This document shows positions 28,650-37,159 of a stretch of DNA of 64,000 nucleotides, one piece after another. The first letter of the stretch is position 1. Every line of letters begins with the position of its first letter. The position numbers and the translations under genes were made by a program. The stretch covers positions 267,777 to 331,776 of the IMG/VR virus record IMGVR_UViG_3300047445_000186; one strand, 5' to 3'. A model generated the notes under the pieces. It was not told the DNA's origin and did no database searches. It saw only the letters and a list, made by a program, of their open reading frames with translations.

Positions 28650-30030
28650 TGTCATGATCGACGACATGGCGCAGAAGCTATATGTCTCGAGCATGCTGGG
28701 GAATCCCGCGCTGTTCGCGCGTGTTCAACATCTTCTGAAGCCGTCGTACTTCGACGCGCACTTGCAGGACGGAGTTTCGTTCATGCAAGAGTTCTATCAA
28801 AAGCATCGCGGTGTGCCGAGTCAACCAGTTTTTCACGCCAGTACAAAGCTCGTAATTGAGCCAACAAGCTTGCCCGCGCAAGACCTGCAGTTCGTGGCTG
28901 AACAGATCGCATCGTTCTGCCAGATCAGAGCCGTCACTGAGGCTGTTCTGCAGTCTCCAGCTCTGATCGAGAAAGGCGATTTCGGTAAGATGGTTCAACA
29001 GATCAAGCTCGCAGCTCAGGTGCAGCTTCACAGCGATCTGGGTGTCGAGTACTTTGCAGACCCGGTTGGTCGACTCGAAGAGAGCGAATCGTCTGAAGTG
29101 CTGATCCCTACGGGTTGGGATACGGTCGATGAGATGATCGGTGGCGGTGTTGGCCGACAGGAGCTCGTGCTGTTCACTGCGAACTCTGGTGGTGGTAAGT
29201 CTGTTGCGATGCTGAACATGGGGTACAACCTCCTGAAGTCAGGTCTGCACGGCGTGTACATCTCGCTGGAAATGCGTGACAAGGTCGTGGCAAAGCGTCT
29301 TGACTCGATGATCTCTCGGATCGCGGGTAAGAACATCTTCGCGAACAAGCTCAAGGTCGGACAAGAAGTTGAGCTCGCTCGTGAAAAGGGTTTCGGCCGG
29401 TTCTTCATCAAGCGAATGCGCGAAGGTTCGACCACAGCCGATCACATCATCTCGTACCTCCGAGAGCTCGAAGCAGTTCATGGCTTCAAGCCAGACTTCG
29501 TGATCGTGGACTACATCGACTTGATGGCCTCGGTGCAGAAGACGAGTGGAGACAACATGTTCACGAAGGACAAGTACGTCACTGAAGAAGTTCGAGCGAT
29601 CGGCTTTGACTTTGATTGCTTGATGATCTCGGCTTCTCAGCTTGGACGTGGCGCGATCGAAGCGACTCAAGAGCAGAAGAGCATCGGCCAGAACCACATT
29701 CAAGGTGGTATCTCGAAGATCAACACTTCGGACTTGGTGATTGCACTGGTGAAGGACGAAGCGATGGACGCGGCTGGTGAATACCGGTTCGAGTTCCTGA
29801 AGTCGCGGAACTCGAACGCCGTGAACAAGAAGCTCACGATGCGGTGGAACCACGAGGCTCTGCTGATCACCGATGCTGGTCTGAATTTCGTGTCAGCGGC
29901 GGTTCGCCCGGCTCTCGGCAAGACACCAGACAAGAAGGGTCCGCGTCAAGTGCTTCAGATGGGTGATGCAGTTCCAGGTCAGTCAGCAGGCGGATTGGAT
30001 GACCTGATCCGGAACATCAGAAAACCGTGA
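28642..30030 (+). CDS. Replicative helicase (DnaB/T4 gp41-like)
   Basis: Walker A ANSGGGKS, YISLEM, VIVDYIDL, SASQLGR, LKSRN; start probably 28642 (GGAG upstream). Confidence 0.95.
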   Translation: MSDVMIDDMAQKLYVSSMLGNPALFARVQHLLKPSYFDAHLQDGVSFMQEFYQKHRGVPSQPVFHASTKLVIEPTSLPAQDLQFVAEQIASFCQIRAVTEAVLQSPALIEKGDFGKMVQQIKLAAQVQLHSDLGVEYFADPVGRLEESESSEVLIPTGWDTVDEMIGGGVGRQELVLFTANSGGGKSVAMLNMGYNLLKSGLHGVYISLEMRDKVVAKRLDSMISRIAGKNIFANKLKVGQEVELAREKGFGRFFIKRMREGSTTADHIISYLRELEAVHGFKPDFVIVDYIDLMASVQKTSGDNMFTKDKYVTEEVRAIGFDFDCLMISASQLGRGAIEATQEQKSIGQNHIQGGISKINTSDLVIALVKDEAMDAAGEYRFEFLKSRNSNAVNKKLTMRWNHEALLITDAGLNFVSAAVRPALGKTPDKKGPRQVLQMGDAVPGQSAGGLDDLIRNIRKP

Positions 30031-30077
30031 CAACCTGCCCCCGTAAATAGTCAGTTCATACACATAGGAGAATCCTC

Positions 30078-30332
30078 ATGGATCAAGCCCGTTCAATCAC
30101 GATTGACGGCATCAGCTACGATGCCGGTCAGTTCAGCCCCGCAGTTCAACAAGCCGTTCAGATCTACAACGTGTTCAGCGCCGATCTTCAAAAGGCACAA
30201 CTCGACGTGATCAAGAACCAAGCCGCTATTCAGTCTGTTGGCGCTCAGATCGGCGAAGCCGTGAAGAAGGAACTTGCTGATAAGCAAGCCGAAGCGAACG
30301 CACTTCCTGAAGCAGCGAACGACCAGGTCTAA
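30078..30332 (+). CDS. Late small coiled-coil protein
   Basis: TAAATA 30044-30049; SD AGGAG; SITIDGISY followed by heptads. Confidence 0.75.
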   Translation: MDQARSITIDGISYDAGQFSPAVQQAVQIYNVFSADLQKAQLDVIKNQAAIQSVGAQIGEAVKKELADKQAEANALPEAANDQV

Positions 30333-30350
30333 GCCAAGATGCTTGACCCT

Positions 30351-30384
30351 CCGAAGCCGTCCTCGTGGCGGCTTCGGTTGTTTC
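30351..30384 (+). terminator. Rho-independent terminator
   Basis: CCGAAGCCG..CGGCTTCGG followed by TTGTTT. Confidence 0.7.
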
Positions 30385-30429
30385 CGGATCAGGATGACCT
30401 AAATAGAGACTTCTAGTCAGAGAATTCAA

Positions 30430-32754
30430 ATGCGAATTATTAGCGAAGGTGCTGGGATTACCCACATCGAAGACCTCCCTGTTGGCGAGTTCATCCGAGT
30501 CCTGCGGAACATGCCACTCATGACTGCGCAGGAAAAGCTCGATGGTGCTCAGCTCTGGGTCGGTGTCGACGAGGCCGGGAAGCTCTTCGCTTCCCGTGAA
30601 GGTAAGCGTTCCGGTTCGGACCGTAAGTACTCACCGGACGACTGGAACCTGGTCTCCGCGAACAATCAATTCCGCGCTGCTCATGCTGCTCTCGTAGCAG
30701 TGCAAGACAAGATCCTTTCGGTACTGCAGCCTGGCGACACGGTTGAGGCCGAGGTGTTGTTCGGGCGCCAACCTAATAGTGTCACTTACGGTGCTGGTGG
30801 AAAGTCCTACATCGCGTTCCTGCGTGGTGTCCTCGAGACCGAAGACTCGGTCGCTGAACGGCTCGGTGCCGCGCTGAAGGGGCAGGAAGCCGAAGCGAAG
30901 GTTCAAGTGGTTGACACCGAAGACGGCGAGACCCTGAACGACGTCGAAGAATCGTACCCGTTCATGTTCACGACACCCCAGCGCGTCGATCCAGAGAAGC
31001 TGAAGCAAGCGGCTCAAGTTGAGAAGCTCCTGAAGAAGCTCGAAGCTTTCCTGCAAGAGCCAAGTGGTACCGAAGGTCTGTCGAACAACGAACTGCTGAA
31101 CACCAATCTGCAAAAGATTCCGACTGATAAGCGACCAGCAGTGAAGGAAGCACGGAAGGCTCTGATGGAACTCGTGATGAACGAGTACAAGATGCCAATC
31201 AAGAACGCGCTCCTTGACAATGTGGTTCGCAAGATCCGCTCTGGCCTGAGTGATGAGGACAAAGGCACCGGGGCCGACATTGGCATCGAAGGAATTGTGC
31301 TGCGTGATCAGCAAACCGGTGAACAGATCAAGATTGTCGACAAGGACATCTTCACGGCGATCAACACGTTCAATCAGTCCATTCGTCAGACTGTTCAATC
31401 ATCTCTGACTACCGTCGATCCAGACTCTCCGCTCGAGCAGCGTGGTGGTCTCGTTGGTGAGCTCCGTATTCGGATCGCTGAGCTGTTCGGTAATCGCGAA
31501 ATGGCGAAAGCTTCGAACACCCGCAAGGTTCTTGAGCCACTGAAGGGCAAGTCGCCTGAAGAAGCAATTGAGAACATGGCGAAGTCGATGGGCGCAATTG
31601 AGGACCACGAAGCGATCAAGAAGAAGATTCTCGCAATGGTCTCTGATACGGCCAGCCAGTTGAAGTCGAAGCTTGAAGAGTTCAAGGCGAATCAGAAGAA
31701 CTACAAGCTTCAGCTTACGAACGGCAAGGAAATCAGCCTGAGCGACGACACGATCAAGCGTACTCTGTTGACGTTCGCTGAAGCCCGCAAGAACCTGTTG
31801 ATTATGTTCGAGCACCTGAAGGCAACAACGACTCTGGCGCAGATCCTCGCGGTCCTGTATGGCGGTCAGGCAAAGGCTGTTCACGCACCGAAGATCGACG
31901 AAGGCTTGCTCCTTGAGAAGAAGGTGAAGCGGAAGACGACACAGGCTCAGGACGTTGATCGTCATGAGTACGACAAGCGTGATGTGTTCCAGCTCGTGAA
32001 CTCGTACCTCGCTACGGTGTTCATGACGATGTTGGTCTGGCACGAAGATGACAAGCCAGGTATGCGGATCCTTCGTGACCGTAAGAACATGGGTCTGAAG
32101 AATTGGTCGAGCGACATGAGCCCGTTCAATCACTGGGGCTATGTCATCTGGCGAAATAACAAGCCTGACTTGAAGAAGCAACTGTCGAAGAAGGTTCAGC
32201 ACGAGCTGTTCGCTACTACCCGTCAGATCCAAGCTCCACGCTGGCGCTTCCTGCACATTGACTTCTCGACGAATCGGGATGTGAAGGTTGACTGGGCCGA
32301 TCACCGGAAGACTCTGCAACGCCTGATTGATCTTACCCGGCTGCGTTCAGATCGACTAAATACGCTACTCGACAAACTGATCCGTTTCCCTGATCTGTCG
32401 CATGATGAGAAGCTCTCGGCCGTGAAGAAGCTGCATACGTTCGCGATGCAATTTGTTCCACGCTCGGTTATGCTCTCTCGGCTGAAGATCATTGAACGGG
32501 CACTCACGAACGGAAAAGACGACCAAATGGTGACTGAAAGTAAACTGCTGAAGTCAATCAGTGCTCTCGCTGAAGACGAAGGTGGCGAAGGCGTGTACAC
32601 ACAGCCTGTCAGCGTTGCCGGAACCACATCTGCCGCAATTGCGCCAGTTCAATCACGCGTAGCCCGGGAAGCAACGATCATCAAGCGTAAACGGAATCCT
32701 TCCGTGAAGCGTCTGACGATGAAGTTCCCTGATCCACGCAAGGAAAACGAATGA
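30430..32754 (+). CDS. Late protein with ATP-dependent ligase-like nucleotidyltransferase N-terminal domain
   Basis: EKLDG (I), ASR (Ia), EAEV (III), IAF (IIIa), IEGIVLR (IV), KIVDK (V); TAAATA 30400-30405; starts MRIISE. Confidence 0.7.
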   Translation: MRIISEGAGITHIEDLPVGEFIRVLRNMPLMTAQEKLDGAQLWVGVDEAGKLFASREGKRSGSDRKYSPDDWNLVSANNQFRAAHAALVAVQDKILSVLQPGDTVEAEVLFGRQPNSVTYGAGGKSYIAFLRGVLETEDSVAERLGAALKGQEAEAKVQVVDTEDGETLNDVEESYPFMFTTPQRVDPEKLKQAAQVEKLLKKLEAFLQEPSGTEGLSNNELLNTNLQKIPTDKRPAVKEARKALMELVMNEYKMPIKNALLDNVVRKIRSGLSDEDKGTGADIGIEGIVLRDQQTGEQIKIVDKDIFTAINTFNQSIRQTVQSSLTTVDPDSPLEQRGGLVGELRIRIAELFGNREMAKASNTRKVLEPLKGKSPEEAIENMAKSMGAIEDHEAIKKKILAMVSDTASQLKSKLEEFKANQKNYKLQLTNGKEISLSDDTIKRTLLTFAEARKNLLIMFEHLKATTTLAQILAVLYGGQAKAVHAPKIDEGLLLEKKVKRKTTQAQDVDRHEYDKRDVFQLVNSYLATVFMTMLVWHEDDKPGMRILRDRKNMGLKNWSSDMSPFNHWGYVIWRNNKPDLKKQLSKKVQHELFATTRQIQAPRWRFLHIDFSTNRDVKVDWADHRKTLQRLIDLTRLRSDRLNTLLDKLIRFPDLSHDEKLSAVKKLHTFAMQFVPRSVMLSRLKIIERALTNGKDDQMVTESKLLKSISALAEDEGGEGVYTQPVSVAGTTSAAIAPVQSRVAREATIIKRKRNPSVKRLTMKFPDPRKENE

Positions 32755-35018
32755 ACCTCCTCAAAGAATTCTCCAAGGGCGACGTCCAGCAGAATCTGAA
32801 AACCAGCGATCAGTCCGATGCTGGTACGACTGACACTGCAGCGAAAGCTGTTGACGTGAAGTTCTCGCTTATGCGGAACGCGATCAACACCGACAATAAT
32901 GAAATCACCGGTTCCGACGTGAACGATTACCTTGAGCGTGCTCAGGATCTGAACGACGAAGTTGAATCCGTTGGTTTCGCGATCGAGACCGATGACGGTT
33001 CCTTGATCAAAATCTACGTGAACGCTGAACAAGCCGACGCGTTCAGCGAAGAGCTCGCAAAGGTGCTCGGCCTTGACGATGACGCTGAAGTAGCGATCAA
33101 CAATCTTGCTCAGAAGTACGACATTGTTGACGTGGTATGGCCAGACTCTGGTGATGTAAATGCACTCGGCTCGGGTGATGAAGATGAATTCCAATTGGAC
33201 GGACCAGGAGAGCCTGGAGACAATGACGGAGACGTTTCTATTGACGACGATCTGTCTGACTTTATGGGTGGTGATGATCACGCTGCTGAACCAACCGCAA
33301 CTGACGCTGCGTCTGATGAGACTGCTGATGCCCTTCCAGCCGATGACGAATCTGCTGACGGTGATGTACCTCCGGAATCGGGTGAAGACGATGGTGATCT
33401 GTCCAAGGATGATTCCGATGGCGATAAGGCTGATGGCGATAAGCCTAAGAAGAAGCCTAAGAAGTCTCTGATGAAAGACGTCGCTGGTGGCGACGATGCT
33501 GAAGACGACAAGGGCGAAGAAGAAGGTGGCAAGCCTGAAGGCGCTGATGGTGAAGAAGGCGGCCCAGAAACAATCGATGACGGTGAAGATGAAGGCGACG
33601 CTGATGTCGATCCAGATGCTGAGCCAGACGCCGGCGAAGAATCCGATGAGCTTGACGATGAAGGCAAGCCAAAGAAGAAGTCGAAGAAGAAAGACAAAGA
33701 AGTAACGGAAGAAGGTATGAAACTTAGCAAACTCGAATCGATGGCGAAGGCCCTCACAGAAGACCAGCTCGACGAAGCTGGTGGCACTGATCTGAAACTC
33801 GACACGCAGTGGACTGGCCTTCGTAGCCGTCTGAAGCGCCCGTACGAGAAGAAGATTGTTGAGCTGTTCTCAATGCTCGGCGTTCCAGGTCGTTATGTTG
33901 TCGCTGAAGAAGGTGTTGAAGACCTGATTCGCGGTGCAGCAGACGTTATCCGTCGCCCAGGTCGTAAGCAAACGACGTTCAATGAGTTCTATTCGCAAGT
34001 GAAGGCAAGCACAGCTACCACGAACGAAAAGAAGCGTGGTGGTCGTCTGCAAAAGGTTCTCGAAACCGTGATGATTGAACTCGGCTTCCCAGCATCGCTG
34101 GTCAGCACTGAGTCTGGTCCAGGCGCTCTTGGTACCGTTCTTGGCCGTGCAGCGAACAAGATCGAAGCAAGCCAATCGCTTGAATCCGCTCTGATCGCAT
34201 TCGCTAAGGCAATGGGTATCACGTCCGCTCAAGTGAACGAAGCAAAGACGATCAAGGTCAAGGAACCAGGTTGGTACGTTGTTGACCACATGGACAAGGC
34301 AGTTGCTGGTCCAATGCAAGAACGTGGTGCACACGAACTCTGCGATGAGATGAATGCTGGCAAGACTGGTGGCGACATCAAGGCTTTTGACGTTACGTAC
34401 TTCACGGATTACGAAATCCGCCGCATGAACGAAGCTGTTGTTACCGAAGCAGTTGACGTTGGGAACGACGAGTTCTTCCAGAAGGTTGTTCAACTTGCGG
34501 TGTCCCTCGGTATTCCAGAACGCAATCTGCAGTACGGTCGCCCAGCACTGGTGAAGTCCCTGCGCGACAAGAAGATGTCCCTCTCGAACCGTGGCATGAT
34601 CGAAGCACGTGTTGATCAACTGCTCGCTATCATCGAGAAGGCAACTCGCCAAGCTCCAGCGACTGCACAAGCTACGAATGAAGGCATGCTTGCTGAAGCA
34701 TTCGACGCGCTTGAAGCTATCCCACAAGAGATGTACCAACGTTTCAATGTGCAAGAACCTTCGACCGGTCCAGTGATGATGGCTGGTTACGTTGGTGACA
34801 CTGACGCGCATTCTGAGACTGTTCTGGTTCTTGGCGTTGACCCAGAAGCAGAAGGTCGGAACACTCTCCGCGTTGGCGTTGACAACCCATGGAGCGGCTC
34901 TGTTCAATCGAAGTATTTCCCAGACACGCGCGAAGGTTACCGTGACGCACTGCGTTACGCGAAGATGCTCCGCACGCTGAACCTGAAGACTGGCGGTCGT
35001 CCAGCTGAAGTGAAGTAA
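32751..35018 (+). CDS. Acidic prohead core/scaffold-like or internal head protein
   Basis: Long D/E-rich disordered tract; repeated (L/V/M)xE-A sites (LDEA, VNEA, MNEA, VTEA, LAEA); strongly biased codons. Confidence 0.65.
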   Translation: MNLLKEFSKGDVQQNLKTSDQSDAGTTDTAAKAVDVKFSLMRNAINTDNNEITGSDVNDYLERAQDLNDEVESVGFAIETDDGSLIKIYVNAEQADAFSEELAKVLGLDDDAEVAINNLAQKYDIVDVVWPDSGDVNALGSGDEDEFQLDGPGEPGDNDGDVSIDDDLSDFMGGDDHAAEPTATDAASDETADALPADDESADGDVPPESGEDDGDLSKDDSDGDKADGDKPKKKPKKSLMKDVAGGDDAEDDKGEEEGGKPEGADGEEGGPETIDDGEDEGDADVDPDAEPDAGEESDELDDEGKPKKKSKKKDKEVTEEGMKLSKLESMAKALTEDQLDEAGGTDLKLDTQWTGLRSRLKRPYEKKIVELFSMLGVPGRYVVAEEGVEDLIRGAADVIRRPGRKQTTFNEFYSQVKASTATTNEKKRGGRLQKVLETVMIELGFPASLVSTESGPGALGTVLGRAANKIEASQSLESALIAFAKAMGITSAQVNEAKTIKVKEPGWYVVDHMDKAVAGPMQERGAHELCDEMNAGKTGGDIKAFDVTYFTDYEIRRMNEAVVTEAVDVGNDEFFQKVVQLAVSLGIPERNLQYGRPALVKSLRDKKMSLSNRGMIEARVDQLLAIIEKATRQAPATAQATNEGMLAEAFDALEAIPQEMYQRFNVQEPSTGPVMMAGYVGDTDAHSETVLVLGVDPEAEGRNTLRVGVDNPWSGSVQSKYFPDTREGYRDALRYAKMLRTLNLKTGGRPAEVK

Positions 35019-35033
35019 ACGTGAACCTAGTTT

Positions 35034-35055
35034 GAAAGGGCCTTCGGGCCCTTTC
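35034..35055 (+). terminator. Terminator with cUUCGg tetraloop
   Basis: GAAAGGGCC-TTCG-GGCCCTTTC. Confidence 0.85.
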
Positions 35056-35057
35056 TT

Positions 35058-35067
35058 CGTTACAATT
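35058..35067 (+). promoter_or_regulatory. Middle-type promoter CGTTACAATT
   Basis: Directly after the terminator; TACAAT ends 10 nt before ATG 35077. Confidence 0.65.
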
Positions 35068-35076
35068 GAAACTTCT

Positions 35077-35751
35077 ATGAAATTCAACTACCAAGACTAT
35101 CAGACGACGAGTGAGCTCGGCCTTCGGTGGTATCACACACCAGATGGCGCGTTCCCCTCGATCACGACAGTCCTTGGTGTGTCTGAACCTCCAGAGAAGA
35201 AGGCTTCCCTTGTTGCGTGGCAACAATCTCTCGGTGCTGTAAAGGCTGCTGAAAAATCGAAGGAAGCGACTGATCACGGCACGATGGTTCACCTTTTGGC
35301 CGAGCGATTTCTGAAGGGTGAAGAGGTCTTTGCTCCTGTTGACGGGAAGCCAGTCTCTGATGTTAGCAAAGCCGGGTTCAACGGCTTGAAGCTGAAGCTT
35401 CGTCAGATCAACGAGGTCTGGGGTCAGGAAGAATCGATCTACTCGCCGACCCTCGAGGTTGCTGGTCGCTTTGACTGCATCGGCCTGTACAAGAACAAGC
35501 CATCCGTGATTGACTTCAAGACCGCTGGCCGTCTGAAGTCGCGGAAGGACATTGAAGATTACGAACTGCAGCTCGCGTTCTACGCTGCTGCGCACAATGA
35601 ATTGTTCGGCACCGAGATCACTCAAGGTGTCGTGCTGATGAGCTCTGCCGGTGGAATGCCACAGGAGTTCGTTGTTGATGTCGACTCGAAGCTCGAAGAG
35701 CTGGTCGGCCGAATCCAGATCTTCTGGGAAAAGACTCTCTCCAAAGTATGA
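35077..35751 (+). CDS. PD-(D/E)XK (Cas4/RecB/MGME1-like) exonuclease
   Basis: FPSITTVL, GTMVH, AGRFDCI, VIDFKT, QLAFYA. Confidence 0.88.
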   Translation: MKFNYQDYQTTSELGLRWYHTPDGAFPSITTVLGVSEPPEKKASLVAWQQSLGAVKAAEKSKEATDHGTMVHLLAERFLKGEEVFAPVDGKPVSDVSKAGFNGLKLKLRQINEVWGQEESIYSPTLEVAGRFDCIGLYKNKPSVIDFKTAGRLKSRKDIEDYELQLAFYAAAHNELFGTEITQGVVLMSSAGGMPQEFVVDVDSKLEELVGRIQIFWEKTLSKV

Positions 35752-35924
35752 ACACCGCTCCGCTGACCGAAGAAGAGAAGGCCCTAATCATCGCTGGTGG
35801 TTGGAAGTTCCTGAGTGACGATCACATCTACATTCCGGAAGATTACGACGGATGCATGGCGTCCGGAATCGAGCAGATTCGTAAAGTGCTGTTCGCCATA
35901 AATAGGTCTCGCAATCGAGACTGA
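35748..35924 (+). CDS. Small hypothetical protein (not in ORF track)
   Basis: MNTAPLTEEEKALIIAGGWKF...; ATGA overlap with nuclease stop. Confidence 0.5.
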   Translation: MNTAPLTEEEKALIIAGGWKFLSDDHIYIPEDYDGCMASGIEQIRKVLFAINRSRNRD

Positions 35925-35926
35925 AC

Positions 35927-36340
35927 ATGCTCCTGAATGAAATCAAACTTGGTACCAAATCTGACCCTGAAGCCCTGAAGGCTTTCATGGCTGACATGCG
36001 CGCGAACACTGAAGCGCATCCATTCGCTCGTGGAATGGTAATTCATAATGACTCCGTCGGGGTTGAGGTATCAATCTTTGACGGCAAGATTCACCTGAGC
36101 TCGATCATGAGCTTTGTTCAGAAGAACGCTGGTGAAGCTTCGAAGACTCTGAAATTCCTGACTGATCTTGCTGACAAGCACCAGGTGATCATGGATCTGG
36201 CCGTTTCGCCGATCAAGAACGCCGGCGCTCGTGAAGGTAAGAGCCTTACGAAGGCGCAGCTCACGGCCTGGTACGGTAGGTACGGTTTCAAGAAGGCACG
36301 TGGCGATTACATGGAGCGCCCACCTGGCGCCGCTGCGTAA
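35927..36340 (+). CDS. GNAT-fold acetyltransferase-like protein, late
   Basis: IHLSSI..QKNAGEASKTL (motif A-like), LADKH, LTAWYGRYGF; TAAATA 35899-35904; starts MLLNE. Confidence 0.65.
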   Translation: MLLNEIKLGTKSDPEALKAFMADMRANTEAHPFARGMVIHNDSVGVEVSIFDGKIHLSSIMSFVQKNAGEASKTLKFLTDLADKHQVIMDLAVSPIKNAGAREGKSLTKAQLTAWYGRYGFKKARGDYMERPPGAAA

Positions 36341-36368
36341 ATAGAGCTGCACAATTAGGAAATTTCAA

Positions 36369-36953
36369 ATGCATCCAGTAGTCATCATGGCTTACGAGCC
36401 ATCCGACGCGATCGACGCGGCCGTTGCTGCTCTCGGTGAAGCGGGTCTGACAGCCATCGTCCTGAGCACCGCGAAGGCGAAGCTCGTCGATTTTCTCGGC
36501 GCTCTCGCCGCTGACGAAAAACCGGCAGACGACGAAAATATCGATAATTCCGGCGCCGAAGAAACCGGCGGTGGAGAACCCGCAGCTGATCTGCCTCCTG
36601 AGCCAAAGGGCAAGACTGACCCAAAGGTCGAAGAATCCGTGATCGTTGACGGCGAGAAGATCGCAGTCAAGATCGTTGAAGGCATGACTGCTGAACTCTT
36701 CCCAAGCGGCCTGATGGTCGGTACGAAGACCGCGTACGCTCTGAACGAATCGCACTTCGCTTTCTGGCCGGCCGGTTCCGAAGGCATGTTCGATCTGACG
36801 CATGACATCCAAATCGAGCGCAATGGCCGTGCTATGTTCACGGCTGCTACGATCAAGGAAGCGGTCGCAGTACCATTCCTGAACCTTGGCATCGAGCTCT
36901 GGAAGAAGCTCAATGAGGTCGAACAAGAAACTGAACTCACAACGGACGTCTAA
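36369..36953 (+). CDS. Late acidic hypothetical protein
   Basis: TAAATA 36338-36343; SD AGGA. Confidence 0.7.
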   Translation: MHPVVIMAYEPSDAIDAAVAALGEAGLTAIVLSTAKAKLVDFLGALAADEKPADDENIDNSGAEETGGGEPAADLPPEPKGKTDPKVEESVIVDGEKIAVKIVEGMTAELFPSGLMVGTKTAYALNESHFAFWPAGSEGMFDLTHDIQIERNGRAMFTAATIKEAVAVPFLNLGIELWKKLNEVEQETELTTDV

Positions 36954-37156
36954 TGCTCGTTCAATATACACAGATCAGTGCTCTCACGCCTGACCAGAAG
37001 CAACGTCTGAAGGCGACTTTCCGAGGCGCCGTGCTTGAAGGTATGCCGCACGTTCAGTTCGAAGGCCTGACTCTCAGCGTTGCTGAGCTGGCCTCTTTCC
37101 AACGCATGTGGGAAGCTGAACAGCGCCAAGGTGGTCGTCAGACCTTGTTCGGATAA
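36953..37156 (+). CDS. Small hypothetical protein
   Basis: TAATG coupling. Confidence 0.6.
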   Translation: MLVQYTQISALTPDQKQRLKATFRGAVLEGMPHVQFEGLTLSVAELASFQRMWEAEQRQGGRQTLFG

Positions 37157-37159
37157 TAA

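Noticed and set aside
35077-35751. Cas4 / CRISPR-Cas locus
   Set aside because: Stand-alone phage PD-(D/E)XK nuclease; no repeat-spacer array or other cas genes
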